64,000 nt of DNA. Origin: Candidatus Omnitrophota bacterium. GTDB lineage: Bacteria; Omnitrophota; Gorgyraeia; Gygaellales; Profunditerraquicolaceae. The stretch is taken from the NCBI GenBank assembly GCA_903852325.1, contig CAINQO010000080.1:2732-66731 (forward strand). Reading direction: 5' to 3'. Below the pieces are notes generated by a model that saw only the letters and a program-made list of their open reading frames with translations, searched no databases and was not told the origin of the DNA. The position numbers were made by a program, and so were the translations under genes. The first letter of the stretch is position 1, and every line of letters begins with the position of its first letter. Below, piece by piece: positions 18,818 to 28,338 of this stretch.

Positions 18818-19916
18818 TTATTTTTGCGCGGCAAATTTAAGATAAGCCTCGATGAAATCATCCAGGCCGCCGTCTAAGATCTTCTGGCTGTCCCCGGTTT
18901 CAAATTCTGTGCGGTGGTCCTTGACTAAATTGTAGGGATGTAAAACATACGAGCGGATCTGACTGCCCCACTCGATCCTCTTTTTGTCGGAATCCTTTTG
19001 CCTGAGCGCTTCGTCTTTTTTAAGCTGCTCGGCTTCGTAAAGGCGGGCTTTAAGTATTTTTAAAGCCGTGGCTTTATTCTGGTGCTGCGAACGCTCATTC
19101 TGGCATTGCGCGACGATTCCGGTAGGTAAATGGGTGATCCTTACCGCTGAATCCGTAGTGTTGACGCTTTGTCCGCCGGCCCCTTTGGAGCGATAGACAT
19201 CGATCCGCAAATCGCTTTCCTTGATCTGGATATCCAGTTCTTCTTCGATCTCCGGGATCACGTCCACCGAAGCGAAAGAAGTGTGCCGGCGCTTATTGGC
19301 GTCAAAAGGCGAGATGCGCACTAACCGGTGTACCCCGCGTTCGGATTTCAGGTAACCGAAAGCATACGGGCCTTCGATGAGCACGGTGACGTTCTTTATC
19401 CCCGCTTCTTCTCCGTCTAACAGGTCGATCGTTTTGACGCTATAGCCGTGGCTTTCGCCGAAACGGCTGTACATCCTTAAAAGCATTCCCGCCCAATCGC
19501 AGGATTCCGTCCCCCCGGCCCCGGAATTAATGCTTAAGATCACGCTGTTCTTGTCGAACGGCCCGCCCAAAAGCACCTGAAATTCTAATTTATCGATCAC
19601 CCCGATAAGGGTGGCGGCGGTGCGTTTTATATCCGCAACCAGCTCCTCATCGCTTTCTTTAACCAGCGGGACCAGCTCGGCCAGCTCCTGATATTTTTTG
19701 TAAGCCGCTTCCCAGGGCTCTACGGTAACTTTAAGATTTTTTAATTCCTTAACGATGCGGGTGGATTTTTCGGAATTATTCCAAAACCCCTCTTCCGACA
19801 TTTCCTGGTTTAAAACATCGATCTTTTGCCTTTTGCGGGCAACGTCAAAGATAACCTCTGAGGTTTTCCATCCGGACGCCGATCTGGGCAATTTGCGTTT
19901 CGATTTCTTCAAGCAT
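18818..19916 (-). CDS. prfB: peptide chain release factor 2, expressed through a programmed +1 frameshift
   Basis: SPF and GGQ motifs are present. The true ATG at 19916 begins a 23-codon frame-0 leader ([23 protein letters not shown]) ending CTT TGA C. The +1 frame then continues DVARKRQ... Confidence 0.9.
19844..19862 (-). promoter_or_regulatory. prfB autoregulatory +1 frameshift site (SD-like AGAGGT, then CUU UGA C)
   Basis: The minus strand reads CTCAGAGGTTATCTTTGAC. It has the canonical slippery CUU-UGA-C with an internal Shine-Dalgarno 3 nt upstream. Confidence 0.85.
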
Positions 19917-19955
19917 GGATTAATCTCCTAAGGTTTTAAAATGTTTGGAATGTCC

Positions 19956-21029
19956 TTACGGCTTTTTGATGCCCCGGTAAGCCAGCATAAACTCCTCGCG
20001 GCTGTCAGCGGCTGCCGCGGCATCCTCCAAAGCCACCTTGCCTTCCTGCACCAGTCTTACCAGGGATTGATTAAACGATTGCATGCCGAACACCGTGCCG
20101 TCGTCGATAAAATGGGGGATCTCCCAAATTTTACCTTCGCGGATCAACCGGCTGATGGTCGAGGTCAAAAGCATCACTTCATAAGCGGGGACCCGGCCCA
20201 CTCCGTCCTTGGCCGGGACCAGACGCAAAGAAATTACCCCTTTTAAAAGCGAGGCCAGCTGGTTGCTTACCTCCTGATGCTGGTGGGGAGGAAAAAGATT
20301 GATCAGCCTTTCCACGGTCTGGGAGGCGTTGATCGTATGCAGGGTACTTAAGACTAAAACCCCGGTTTCCGCGGCCGCCATCGCCGCCGAAACCGTATCA
20401 TAATCGCGGATATTGCCGATAAACATGACGTCAGGGCTTTGCAAAGTAAAAGCGCGCAGCGCTACCGGATAGGTGGACACGTCGATACCCAGCTCACGCT
20501 GGTTAATGATCGACTGCTTATCCTCAAAGGTAAATTCGATCGGCTCTTCGATGGCTAAGATGTGTTTCCTGGCGTTAGCGTTTATATACTCGATCATGCT
20601 GGCAATGGTCGTGGATTTTCCGCTGCCCATGCTTCCGGTCAGCAGCACCAGCCCACGGGTCTCCATGGCAAGTTTCTGCAGAATCTCCGCGGGAAGATTG
20701 AGCTCTTCAAAAGAAGAGATCTTGTTGCGCACGTTGCGGATAACAATCGACGGCCAGTTCCTCTGGGTGAAGATGCTTACACGGAAACGGCGGTTAAATT
20801 CGGCCAGGTATACCGCAAAATCCACATCCATCTTGCTGCGGAAAACCTCAAGCTGTTTACTGTTGGCCAATTGTTCCGTGGCAAACATCACATCTTCAAT
20901 GCTCAACACCCGGGTATCCATCGCCACCACTTTTCCGGCGATGCGTAAACGCGGTGTGCCTCCGGCGCGAAAAAAAAGGTCGGAAGCTTCCCGGGAGACC
21001 ATTTCCTGCATTAATTTTTTAATATCCAT
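19956..21029 (-). CDS. pilT: type IV pilus retraction ATPase PilT/PilU family
   Basis: Walker A (GSMGSGKSTT) and the conserved AIEEPIEF block of PilT-type secretion ATPases. 357 aa. Confidence 0.8.
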   Translation of the reverse strand: MDIKKLMQEMVSREASDLFFRAGGTPRLRIAGKVVAMDTRVLSIEDVMFATEQLANSKQLEVFRSKMDVDFAVYLAEFNRRFRVSIFTQRNWPSIVIRNVRNKISSFEELNLPAEILQKLAMETRGLVLLTGSMGSGKSTTIASMIEYINANARKHILAIEEPIEFTFEDKQSIINQRELGIDVSTYPVALRAFTLQSPDVMFIGNIRDYDTVSAAMAAAETGVLVLSTLHTINASQTVERLINLFPPHQHQEVSNQLASLLKGVISLRLVPAKDGVGRVPAYEVMLLTSTISRLIREGKIWEIPHFIDDGTVFGMQSFNQSLVRLVQEGKVALEDAAAAADSREEFMLAYRGIKKP

Positions 21030-21088
21030 CTTTCCTCCGGAATAATGTAATTGAGGAGACCGTTAACCTGCTAAAATAATTTTTTTTA

Positions 21089-22618
21089 TTATAACACTTT
21101 ATTGCCTTTTAACGTAGGATTAAATTCCATATACCGGGCCAGCATCAGCCTGGTCTGGGCGTCGATTGCCGGAGCGGAACCGACAATCAAAATAATAAAC
21201 GGTACAAAGATCCATTCGATAATTAAAAGCCCCTGCTTTAACCAGCTGGTCCCTTTCGGCCGGGGAGGCAGAATGGTCCAGCTTAAGAATACCCAGGTCA
21301 GGCTGGTCAAAAGGGTAAACCGGAACAATAGGCCGGTGATCTTGGGCAGATTATAAGCGATCGACATCTGGCTGAAGAAAGCCCCTCCGAAAAATATGGG
21401 CAACGGGCCGATAAAGACCAGGATTACCGCCCAAACCGCCCAGGTGACATGGCTTTCCAGCAGATGGAAGGACCGCCTTATTTTACTCACCAGGGGGATT
21501 TTATTGTTTTTTATAAAACCGCTGACGACAAAAGGAAAATTCTCTACCCCCCAGGCCCACCTTCTTTTCTGTTTATACTGCACCGCGATCGTGCGCCAGA
21601 GGTTGCTGGAATAAGCCGCATCCAGGGAAACGGTGACATACAGCGGGACGACCCGGTAATCCCCGTTATAGTGCAAATACCCTTTCCAATAAATAACCGA
21701 ATCATCCGAAATCATATTCGTCGGCCAATAATCGATTGCCACCAGGGTCTTAAAACTCATGCTGTGGCTGGAAAAGGTAACGAACTTTTCCAGGCGCATG
21801 CTTTCGATCATCTGGCAGAATGAGCTGCTCACTTCGATCAGCCTGGCCAGGGAAGGCGCCTGCCAGATATTGTTATTGTAAACCGGCATCGGCTGGTAAC
21901 TGGCCTGGTGCGGCTTGGCGGAAATAAGAAAATGATAACTCAGGCAGCCGAAGTATTCTATTTCCACGCAGGTGTCGGCGTCAAAACAGGAGATGACCAC
22001 CTGCTCATAAGCGATCGCGCGGCTGTCTAATAGTTTCCTGGCTGCTTTTGCTCCCCAGGTAGCATTGGCCCCCTTGGTCCGGCTTTCCCCGGGTAATCCG
22101 TCGGGGTGGAAGGTAGAAAGATAGGCGCCGAACCTGCCGCGGAATTCTTCTTCCAGGATCAGAGCGTTATCGTGCGCCAAAGCATTCCGTTCCTCAAAAG
22201 CCATGATCACGATAATTCTTTCTTTGGGATAATGGCTGGCGGACAAAGCTTCCAGCGAAGGACGCAAGACCTCCAGCCCCTCATTATAAACCGGAAAGAG
22301 CACCACCTGGTATAACCGCGCAAACCCCCGCTCTGAAGGCAACTCCCGGCAAAGCCCCAGCCAATCCTTCCCCTTCTGCCGGAAAAGACGCTGGTGGGCC
22401 ATCACCAAAAGAGTGGTTAAATAAACCGTGCGCACGATCCAGTAAAAGTCAAAAGAAATAATGATCACGGCGCTGGCTACCGGATGCAAAAAAGACAAAA
22501 AGATCAATCCGATAATGATTCCCCAGGATAATCCCCCGGGGATAATTTCAAGGGTGCGCTTTAAAAATATCCCCTTATTCACCGGATCCCTCCTTTTGCG
22601 CCGGCTTCGCCGCGCCAA
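21089..22618 (-). CDS. processive family-2 glycosyltransferase (cellulose/chitin-synthase-like; QxxRW)
   Basis: FPVYNE, DAD (CFDADT) and QYKQKRRWAWG motifs, with N- and C-terminal TM helices. Confidence 0.6.
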   Translation of the reverse strand: MARRSRRKRRDPVNKGIFLKRTLEIIPGGLSWGIIIGLIFLSFLHPVASAVIIISFDFYWIVRTVYLTTLLVMAHQRLFRQKGKDWLGLCRELPSERGFARLYQVVLFPVYNEGLEVLRPSLEALSASHYPKERIIVIMAFEERNALAHDNALILEEEFRGRFGAYLSTFHPDGLPGESRTKGANATWGAKAARKLLDSRAIAYEQVVISCFDADTCVEIEYFGCLSYHFLISAKPHQASYQPMPVYNNNIWQAPSLARLIEVSSSFCQMIESMRLEKFVTFSSHSMSFKTLVAIDYWPTNMISDDSVIYWKGYLHYNGDYRVVPLYVTVSLDAAYSSNLWRTIAVQYKQKRRWAWGVENFPFVVSGFIKNNKIPLVSKIRRSFHLLESHVTWAVWAVILVFIGPLPIFFGGAFFSQMSIAYNLPKITGLLFRFTLLTSLTWVFLSWTILPPRPKGTSWLKQGLLIIEWIFVPFIILIVGSAPAIDAQTRLMLARYMEFNPTLKGNKVL

Positions 22619-23546
22619 AAGGCTGAGTGATCAGCTTTTCCAATAAAAAAAGGTCGCTCCTTAATTCCAGCTTATACAAGTTATTGTAAACACTTCCGTC
22701 GGGGCTTTTCTGGCTGTCGCTGAAATACAGGATATCCTCTTTTATGTCGTAAAACGCCTCCGGACGGCCCCGGACTAAATCCACCAGGTTTACCGGTAAA
22801 GAGCCGCGGCGGCTCTCGATCACCTGCACGTGTTTATCGGTCAACACCACCAAATGGTAACTATCCGAATGCCAGAAAACCTCGCTTATCCTTTCCTGGG
22901 GGTACTCCGTGGCAAACACGGAAGAGGAGAAGTCCGCGTCATTCTGCTGGTCGAAAAGAATTATCGCCAGCCGATGCTGATTATAAACAAAAATTTTACT
23001 TTTATCCGGGGAAACATCCCATCCGGTCACCGGATCGATCTTATCCGGCAGCCCGGCCACATCCTCGAAATTGCTCCCGTCCAGGTTCGACCGGTAGACG
23101 GTTTTCTTATCCTGGTCCAGGTAGTAAATTACTTTTTTCTCATTATCCAGGTGAAAAGAAGAGAATTTTTCCTGGTTTAACTGCTGCAGGCTGGGACGTA
23201 CCGGAAAAAGAATGACCTTATCCACCCGGCTGACCTTGCCCGCTTCCACCTCTATCTCGGCGTTCCAGGGGTAATGCTGTTCCAGCTCCAAGGCAATTTT
23301 ATAGGTGCCGGGAAGCAGTTCCTGCATGCTGGCGGGGCTTTTTTCGGGAAAGAGTCTGCCGTTAAGAAAAATTGTCGCTCCCGGCGGCTGGGTCTTTACC
23401 CAGATGATCCCGGTTTTTACGAATTTAAAGGTGCGGGTATTGAATTTATACCCCAGGGCAAAAGAAAGGATAAACGGAAGCCCGGCGCAGAATAAAAACA
23501 GGCTTAAATAGAATAAGCAGCCTCTTATTTTTTGGAAATTATACAT
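22575..23546 (-). CDS. PEGA-domain membrane protein (partner of the GT2 synthase)
   Basis: N-terminal TM helix, then a PEGA-like segment (PGATIFLNG...LLPGTYKIALE). It overlaps the upstream GT2 gene by 44 nt. Confidence 0.5.
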   Translation of the reverse strand: MYNFQKIRGCLFYLSLFLFCAGLPFILSFALGYKFNTRTFKFVKTGIIWVKTQPPGATIFLNGRLFPEKSPASMQELLPGTYKIALELEQHYPWNAEIEVEAGKVSRVDKVILFPVRPSLQQLNQEKFSSFHLDNEKKVIYYLDQDKKTVYRSNLDGSNFEDVAGLPDKIDPVTGWDVSPDKSKIFVYNQHRLAIILFDQQNDADFSSSVFATEYPQERISEVFWHSDSYHLVVLTDKHVQVIESRRGSLPVNLVDLVRGRPEAFYDIKEDILYFSDSQKSPDGSVYNNLYKLELRSDLFLLEKLITQPFGAAKPAQKEGSGE

Positions 23547-23863
23547 CGGGCTATCTCTTTCTCTAACGCCAACAGGGATTTTTTACGCTGCCGGCCAAAA
23601 ACATATCCTCCCGGTTTTTGATCGCTGTTGATCACCCGGTGGCAGGGGATGATCAGGGGGTAAGGGTTGCGTTTTAAGATCTGGCCGACCGCCCTGCAGG
23701 CGCCCGCAGAACCGGCTTTGGCGGCCACCCACTTATAACTACGCACCTCTCCCAGCGGAATACATAAAGCTGCCCGGTAAACCCTGGCCGCAAAATCCGT
23801 AGGGAACAGCTGCGCCCGGGGTTCTTTTTGTTTTAACTTGCCGCTGCGGATGCGTTTTTTCAT
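23525..23863 (-). CDS. ogt: methylated-DNA-protein-cysteine methyltransferase, single C-terminal domain form
   Basis: PCHRV active-site motif and HTH of the O6-alkylguanine transferase domain. 112 aa. Confidence 0.75.
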   Translation of the reverse strand: MKKRIRSGKLKQKEPRAQLFPTDFAARVYRAALCIPLGEVRSYKWVAAKAGSAGACRAVGQILKRNPYPLIIPCHRVINSDQKPGGYVFGRQRKKSLLALEKEIARCIISKK

Positions 23864-25104
23864 TTATAAATTAAGGATTTCCTGCGCAATAAATGATGGT
23901 AGGCCAAAGCAAACCGGTGCGCTTCATCGCGCACCCGGCGGATCAAATTCAATGCCGGCCCGTCAGACAGCGGGATCAAGCGCGCCTTTGCTTCCCGCAA
24001 ACAATAAATATTCTCTTTTTCTTTGGCGATGCTGACCAGGGGGATGGACACCTCAAGAGAAGCCAATTCCCCTGCCGCGGTCAAAAGGTGGCCTTTGCCT
24101 CCGTCGATCAAAACAAGGTCCGGCAGGCCGGTTTTCTCCCGCAATAGTCGAGTATAGCGCCGGCGGATAACTTCGGCAAGCATTTTATAATCGTCGATCC
24201 CGGCAAAAGTTTTGATCCGAAACCTGCGATAATTATTCTTATCCGGCTGGCCGTTATAGAAACTGACCATGGAACCCACCGCCTGTTTACCCGACAGATT
24301 GGAGATGTCAAAACCTTCGATCCGGGCGGGAAGTTTCTTTAAATTCAGGGAGTCTTTTAAATCGTTTAACGCATCCTTATAGCTGGAATCATCCGGGCGG
24401 GCGGATATTCCGGAGAGGGCGGTAATCTGGTCCCGCTTCCTGGCGGCCGCCTCAAAATCCCCCTGCGCGGCGCTTTCCTGCATGGACCGGGTCAGCTTCT
24501 TAATCAATAAATCCGCTTTGCCCTCGAGGATCAGCGTAATATCACCGATATTGCGCTGGTACTCGGCAGCGCTGATCTTTCCGGCGCAGGGCCCCGGGCA
24601 AAGATCGATCCGGTAATAGATACAGCTTTGTTTGGGCAGCTTCCGGCAGGAACGGTAGGCAAAATTAAGCCGGATTATTTTAAGCACATTTTTTAAAAGC
24701 TTGGCGTTGGTGTATGGCCCCAAATAGCGGCTCAACGGGTTATCTTTTTTCCGGGTGATGCGCACCGCCGGGAACTCTTCCCCGGAAATCTCCACTAACG
24801 GAAAGCTTTTGTCGTCTTTGAGCGAAATATTATATTTCGGCTTAAGTTCGTGGATAAGCTGGCTCTCCAATAATAAGGCCATCATTTCATTGGGAGTCAA
24901 CCTGAATTCCACCCCGGCCGCCTTAAGCATTAAAGCCATGGTTTTAGTGGCTAAATCCTTGCCCAAATAACTGGCCAGCCGCTTTTTCAGGGAGTTAGCT
25001 TTACCCACATAAAGCACCTCCCCCGCCCGGTCGCGCATCAGGTAAACCCCCGGGGAATCCGGAGCCGCTAAGATCTTTTCTTTTAGTTTATGCTGTTGCT
25101 CCAT
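23860..25104 (-). CDS. uvrC: excinuclease ABC subunit C, short form lacking the C-terminal HhH region
   Basis: GIY-YIG N-terminus (GVYLMRDRAGEVLYVGKANSLKKR), a UvrBC region and an RDEAHRFAL RNaseH-like endonuclease motif. The protein ends at 414 aa. Confidence 0.7.
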   Translation of the reverse strand: MEQQHKLKEKILAAPDSPGVYLMRDRAGEVLYVGKANSLKKRLASYLGKDLATKTMALMLKAAGVEFRLTPNEMMALLLESQLIHELKPKYNISLKDDKSFPLVEISGEEFPAVRITRKKDNPLSRYLGPYTNAKLLKNVLKIIRLNFAYRSCRKLPKQSCIYYRIDLCPGPCAGKISAAEYQRNIGDITLILEGKADLLIKKLTRSMQESAAQGDFEAAARKRDQITALSGISARPDDSSYKDALNDLKDSLNLKKLPARIEGFDISNLSGKQAVGSMVSFYNGQPDKNNYRRFRIKTFAGIDDYKMLAEVIRRRYTRLLREKTGLPDLVLIDGGKGHLLTAAGELASLEVSIPLVSIAKEKENIYCLREAKARLIPLSDGPALNLIRRVRDEAHRFALAYHHLLRRKSLIYK

Positions 25105-26657
25105 GGCTTAGGTTTTAATCTTCCTGCGGTCAACCAATGTAGAATTTCGGCAAGCTCCGCCACTTTAAAAAGAAAACAGAAAAGAATGTAGGACAACCCG
25201 GCACAGAATACCGCCCAGGCGAAATTCAGCTCCCGGTTCACCAGAAAACATGCCGCGGCCATGCATAAAGAAGCGGCCAGGATCCGTAAAAATGAGCTCA
25301 CTATCCTGCGCCCTCCAAAACCACCCAGGCGCGCGCGCAGTTTTAAAAATAAAAACAGAAAGGAGATTATGCCCGATAAGGAAGTAGCCAAAGCCAATCC
25401 TCCGATCTTTAAGGGGAACATCAATGCCGCGCAAAAAACTATATTCATTAATAAGGCCAGTCCGGCCATTTTTGTGGGGGTGACCGTATCTTTAAGGGCA
25501 AAAAAACAGGATTGGAGGATCTTCGTCCCTCCGTAAGCGGTTAAACCGATGCTGTAGAAAAAAAGCGCGTTGCTGGTCAATAAGCTCGAGCTGGAATCAA
25601 ACTTGCCGCCGCCGAAAAGGGAAGAAACCAGCGGACCGGCTAAAACCATGAACAAAGCCGTGGCCGGCAGCATCACAAAAAATACGGCGCGCAATCCCCA
25701 GGAAAGGGTAGCTTTAAGATTATCCCGGTTTTCTTCAAGTACCTGGGTAGAAAATGTCGGCAGGATCGCCTGGGCAACGGCATTGCTGAAGATCCCGATC
25801 GGAAACTGGATGAGCCGGTAAGAAAAATAAAGCACCGCTACCCCGCCGTCTCCGACGATCGCCGCCAGGGAACCGAAAATGGAATCCACAAAATTATTCA
25901 ATTGGTAAATACTGGAGCTGACCAGGCGCGGCAGGAGCAGATTTTTAACCTGGATCACCCCCGGGTGGTTAAACATCAGCTTAAATTTCGGGCGGAAGCC
26001 TTTTTTGGATAAAGCCGGCAGCTGCACCGCCAACTGTAAGACCCCTCCCAATAAAACTCCGGTAGCCAGGCCGGCGGTGCCTTCCCCCAAAAGCAAGGCT
26101 CCGATAATGATGGAAATATTCAACAAGCAGGGGGAGAACGCGGAAACCGCGAAACTTTTCAGAGAGTTGAGCACGGCCATCGCGTAAGCCGCCAAACCAA
26201 CCAGCAGGATATAAGGAAAAATTATCCGGTTCAGGTTGATCGTTTCCCTCAGTTTATCCGGAGAAGCGATGAACCCCGGAGCGATCAAGCGCACGATCAG
26301 GGGAGAAAAAATAATGCCCAGGATAGTGATCGCGCTTAAGACCACCGCCAAAAGGTTAAGCAAAACATTGGCCAGCTCCCAAAATTCTTCTTTGGAGCGT
26401 TTATGGCTGTATTCGCTTAAAACCGGCACAATCGCCGCGTTAGAAGCCCCCTCTCCGACTATATCGCGGAAAAGGTTGGGGATGCGGAAAGCGATGACAA
26501 AAGCCTGGGCATGGACATACACCCCGAACAGGCGGGCAATGATCACATCCCGGATAAAACCCAAAATGCGGGAAACCAGGGTCGCCAGGCTGATGATCGT
26601 GGCGGAGCGGGCGACCGACTTATTATGGCTTACCGGGGAATATTTGTTTATTGACAT
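25083..26657 (-). CDS. murJ: lipid II flippase MurJ (MviN)
   Basis: 524 aa and about 14 TM helices. N-terminal TIISLATLVSRILGFIRDVIIARLFG signature. Confidence 0.85.
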   Translation of the reverse strand: MSINKYSPVSHNKSVARSATIISLATLVSRILGFIRDVIIARLFGVYVHAQAFVIAFRIPNLFRDIVGEGASNAAIVPVLSEYSHKRSKEEFWELANVLLNLLAVVLSAITILGIIFSPLIVRLIAPGFIASPDKLRETINLNRIIFPYILLVGLAAYAMAVLNSLKSFAVSAFSPCLLNISIIIGALLLGEGTAGLATGVLLGGVLQLAVQLPALSKKGFRPKFKLMFNHPGVIQVKNLLLPRLVSSSIYQLNNFVDSIFGSLAAIVGDGGVAVLYFSYRLIQFPIGIFSNAVAQAILPTFSTQVLEENRDNLKATLSWGLRAVFFVMLPATALFMVLAGPLVSSLFGGGKFDSSSSLLTSNALFFYSIGLTAYGGTKILQSCFFALKDTVTPTKMAGLALLMNIVFCAALMFPLKIGGLALATSLSGIISFLFLFLKLRARLGGFGGRRIVSSFLRILAASLCMAAACFLVNRELNFAWAVFCAGLSYILFCFLFKVAELAEILHWLTAGRLKPKPWSNSIN

Positions 26658-26784
26658 AGGGTATTAATTATGCTAATAATAATAACTCATTAAGCCTCTT
26701 TTAAGGGCGGTGCGCGCTTGCGCTCCTTTAAAGAAGCAAATTAAACCAAAAATCGCAAAACCGCTACACCCTAAGGAGAAATAA

Positions 26785-27051
26785 ATGCCTAGACGCAGAA
26801 CATCGTTAAAAAGCAACCGCGTAAATAAAAGAAAACATACCCGCAATCTTAAGGTAAAAGGACAGCTCAAAAAAACGATCAAAAAATTCCAGGAATTGCT
26901 GGTTAAAGATACCGCCGAAGCAAAAACATTCATTACCAAGGTTTTTTCCCAGCTGGATAAAGCCGCCAAGAAGAATATTATCCATCCGGCTACCGCTAAC
27001 CGCAGGAAATCACGCTTGATGCGCCGTTTAAATTCACCCGCCAAAAAATAA
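26785..27051 (+). CDS. rpsT: 30S ribosomal protein S20
   Basis: 88-aa basic protein with the IHPATANRRKSRLMRRLN C-terminal pattern. The RBS is AAGGAGAAATAAATG. Confidence 0.85.
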   Translation: MPRRRTSLKSNRVNKRKHTRNLKVKGQLKKTIKKFQELLVKDTAEAKTFITKVFSQLDKAAKKNIIHPATANRRKSRLMRRLNSPAKK

Positions 27052-27074
27052 AACCGCTTTAGCCGGGGATCTTT

Positions 27075-27785
27075 CTAACCGGCCATACCGCATAAACTCA
27101 CGATCAATTTTTCCAAAGCAAAGGCAGGCTTCAGCCTGCCTGTTTTTATTTCCAGATCACAGGATAAAAGCAGCCTGAGCTTCTTCTGGGCGCTTAACCC
27201 CTGGACCCCCTGCCTTTCCCAGGCATAACGCAACCCGCCTAAAATACGCTCCGGAGCCTCTCCGTTACGCAACAGTTGATTCAGCAGCTGCAAAGCCTGG
27301 TCTGCTTTTTTCAGCTCAATCTGCCGGTTTAAGGTAAAGGTATCCGGATCAACCGTTTCCTTAAAACGCAGGATCTGGGCAAAAGCTGAGATTTTTTTCA
27401 AAAATTCGTCTTTATGGTCATACTGCGCAAAATCCAGGACCAGGACCAGCTGCGGGGAAGGCTTTTTGGCAAAAGCCAAAAGAAACTCCCGGCAGCTTTC
27501 CTCAAGCAGCTGCGCTTCCTTGATCACGATAATGCGCTTGGCGTTTTTTAACGGCAGGCAGAGAAATTTTTCCTGGATGTCCTTTAATTTTATTTCTTTG
27601 GCGTACAGGGTATCCTGGTTAAAATCCTGCAGCGATTGGGAGAGGAACTCCTGTTTTATCTTTTTAAGCTGGGCTTCTTTGGCGGAAAAATCCTGTCCGG
27701 CAAAAAGGTAAACTCCGGGGGAAGCGGCCTGCTGCGCTGCGGTTTTTGTATTTGCGGAGGGGTAAACCATTCTACCATTGTTCAA
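27075..27785 (-). CDS. holA: DNA polymerase III delta subunit (short HolA)
   Basis: Collinear similarity to HolA (GVYLFAGQD...; RLLLSCDLEIKTG...). It has the conserved position convergent with rpsT and downstream of an LptE-like gene. Confidence 0.55.
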   Translation of the reverse strand: MNNGRMVYPSANTKTAAQQAASPGVYLFAGQDFSAKEAQLKKIKQEFLSQSLQDFNQDTLYAKEIKLKDIQEKFLCLPLKNAKRIIVIKEAQLLEESCREFLLAFAKKPSPQLVLVLDFAQYDHKDEFLKKISAFAQILRFKETVDPDTFTLNRQIELKKADQALQLLNQLLRNGEAPERILGGLRYAWERQGVQGLSAQKKLRLLLSCDLEIKTGRLKPAFALEKLIVSLCGMAG

Positions 27786-28338
27786 CCGTGCGTTCCACGA
27801 TCCGGCGGGCCAGATCCTCTACGGCGTTATTCACCGCGGTAGCCTCGGGAACTTTGACATTGGCGCTATTGACAGTTTCAGCGGTAAAAAAAGAGTAGTT
27901 ACCGTTAAAGTTATTTTCCTGCCAAAGCATTTTATTGGTCTTGGTGTCCCAAAGGCTTAGATTCACATAAATATTGATCCGGTATTCCGTGACATTATCC
28001 GTATTGGCGGTATAACTTAAAGGATCTTTGCGGTATTCGATCAATTCCCCCTTCAGGATCAGGTCTGCGTCCGTCTGCTTAGCCGGCCTAAGATTGCCGT
28101 CGAAAAGATACCGGTTAATCACTTTTTTGGTGATATCGGTTTCCAGCATCGGCCGGTAAATCCGGTACTTATTCGCCGAAAAAGTTTCCTGGGTGATATC
28201 TACTTTATTGACAAAAGGTTCCACATAAATCGTGTTGTAATTTCCGTAAAGCATCGAACGGGTGGTATAATTGCAGCCGGACAGCCCGGCGGATAATAAA
28301 CATAAACTTAAGAATAAAATCAGCTTATTTTTTTTCAT
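27772..28338 (-). CDS. LptE-like lipopolysaccharide-assembly lipoprotein
   Basis: Lipoprotein signal (LSAGLSGC) and a size of 188 aa. Its position immediately upstream of holA matches the leuS-lptE-holA arrangement. Confidence 0.45.
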   Translation of the reverse strand: MKKNKLILFLSLCLLSAGLSGCNYTTRSMLYGNYNTIYVEPFVNKVDITQETFSANKYRIYRPMLETDITKKVINRYLFDGNLRPAKQTDADLILKGELIEYRKDPLSYTANTDNVTEYRINIYVNLSLWDTKTNKMLWQENNFNGNYSFFTAETVNSANVKVPEATAVNNAVEDLARRIVERTVEQW

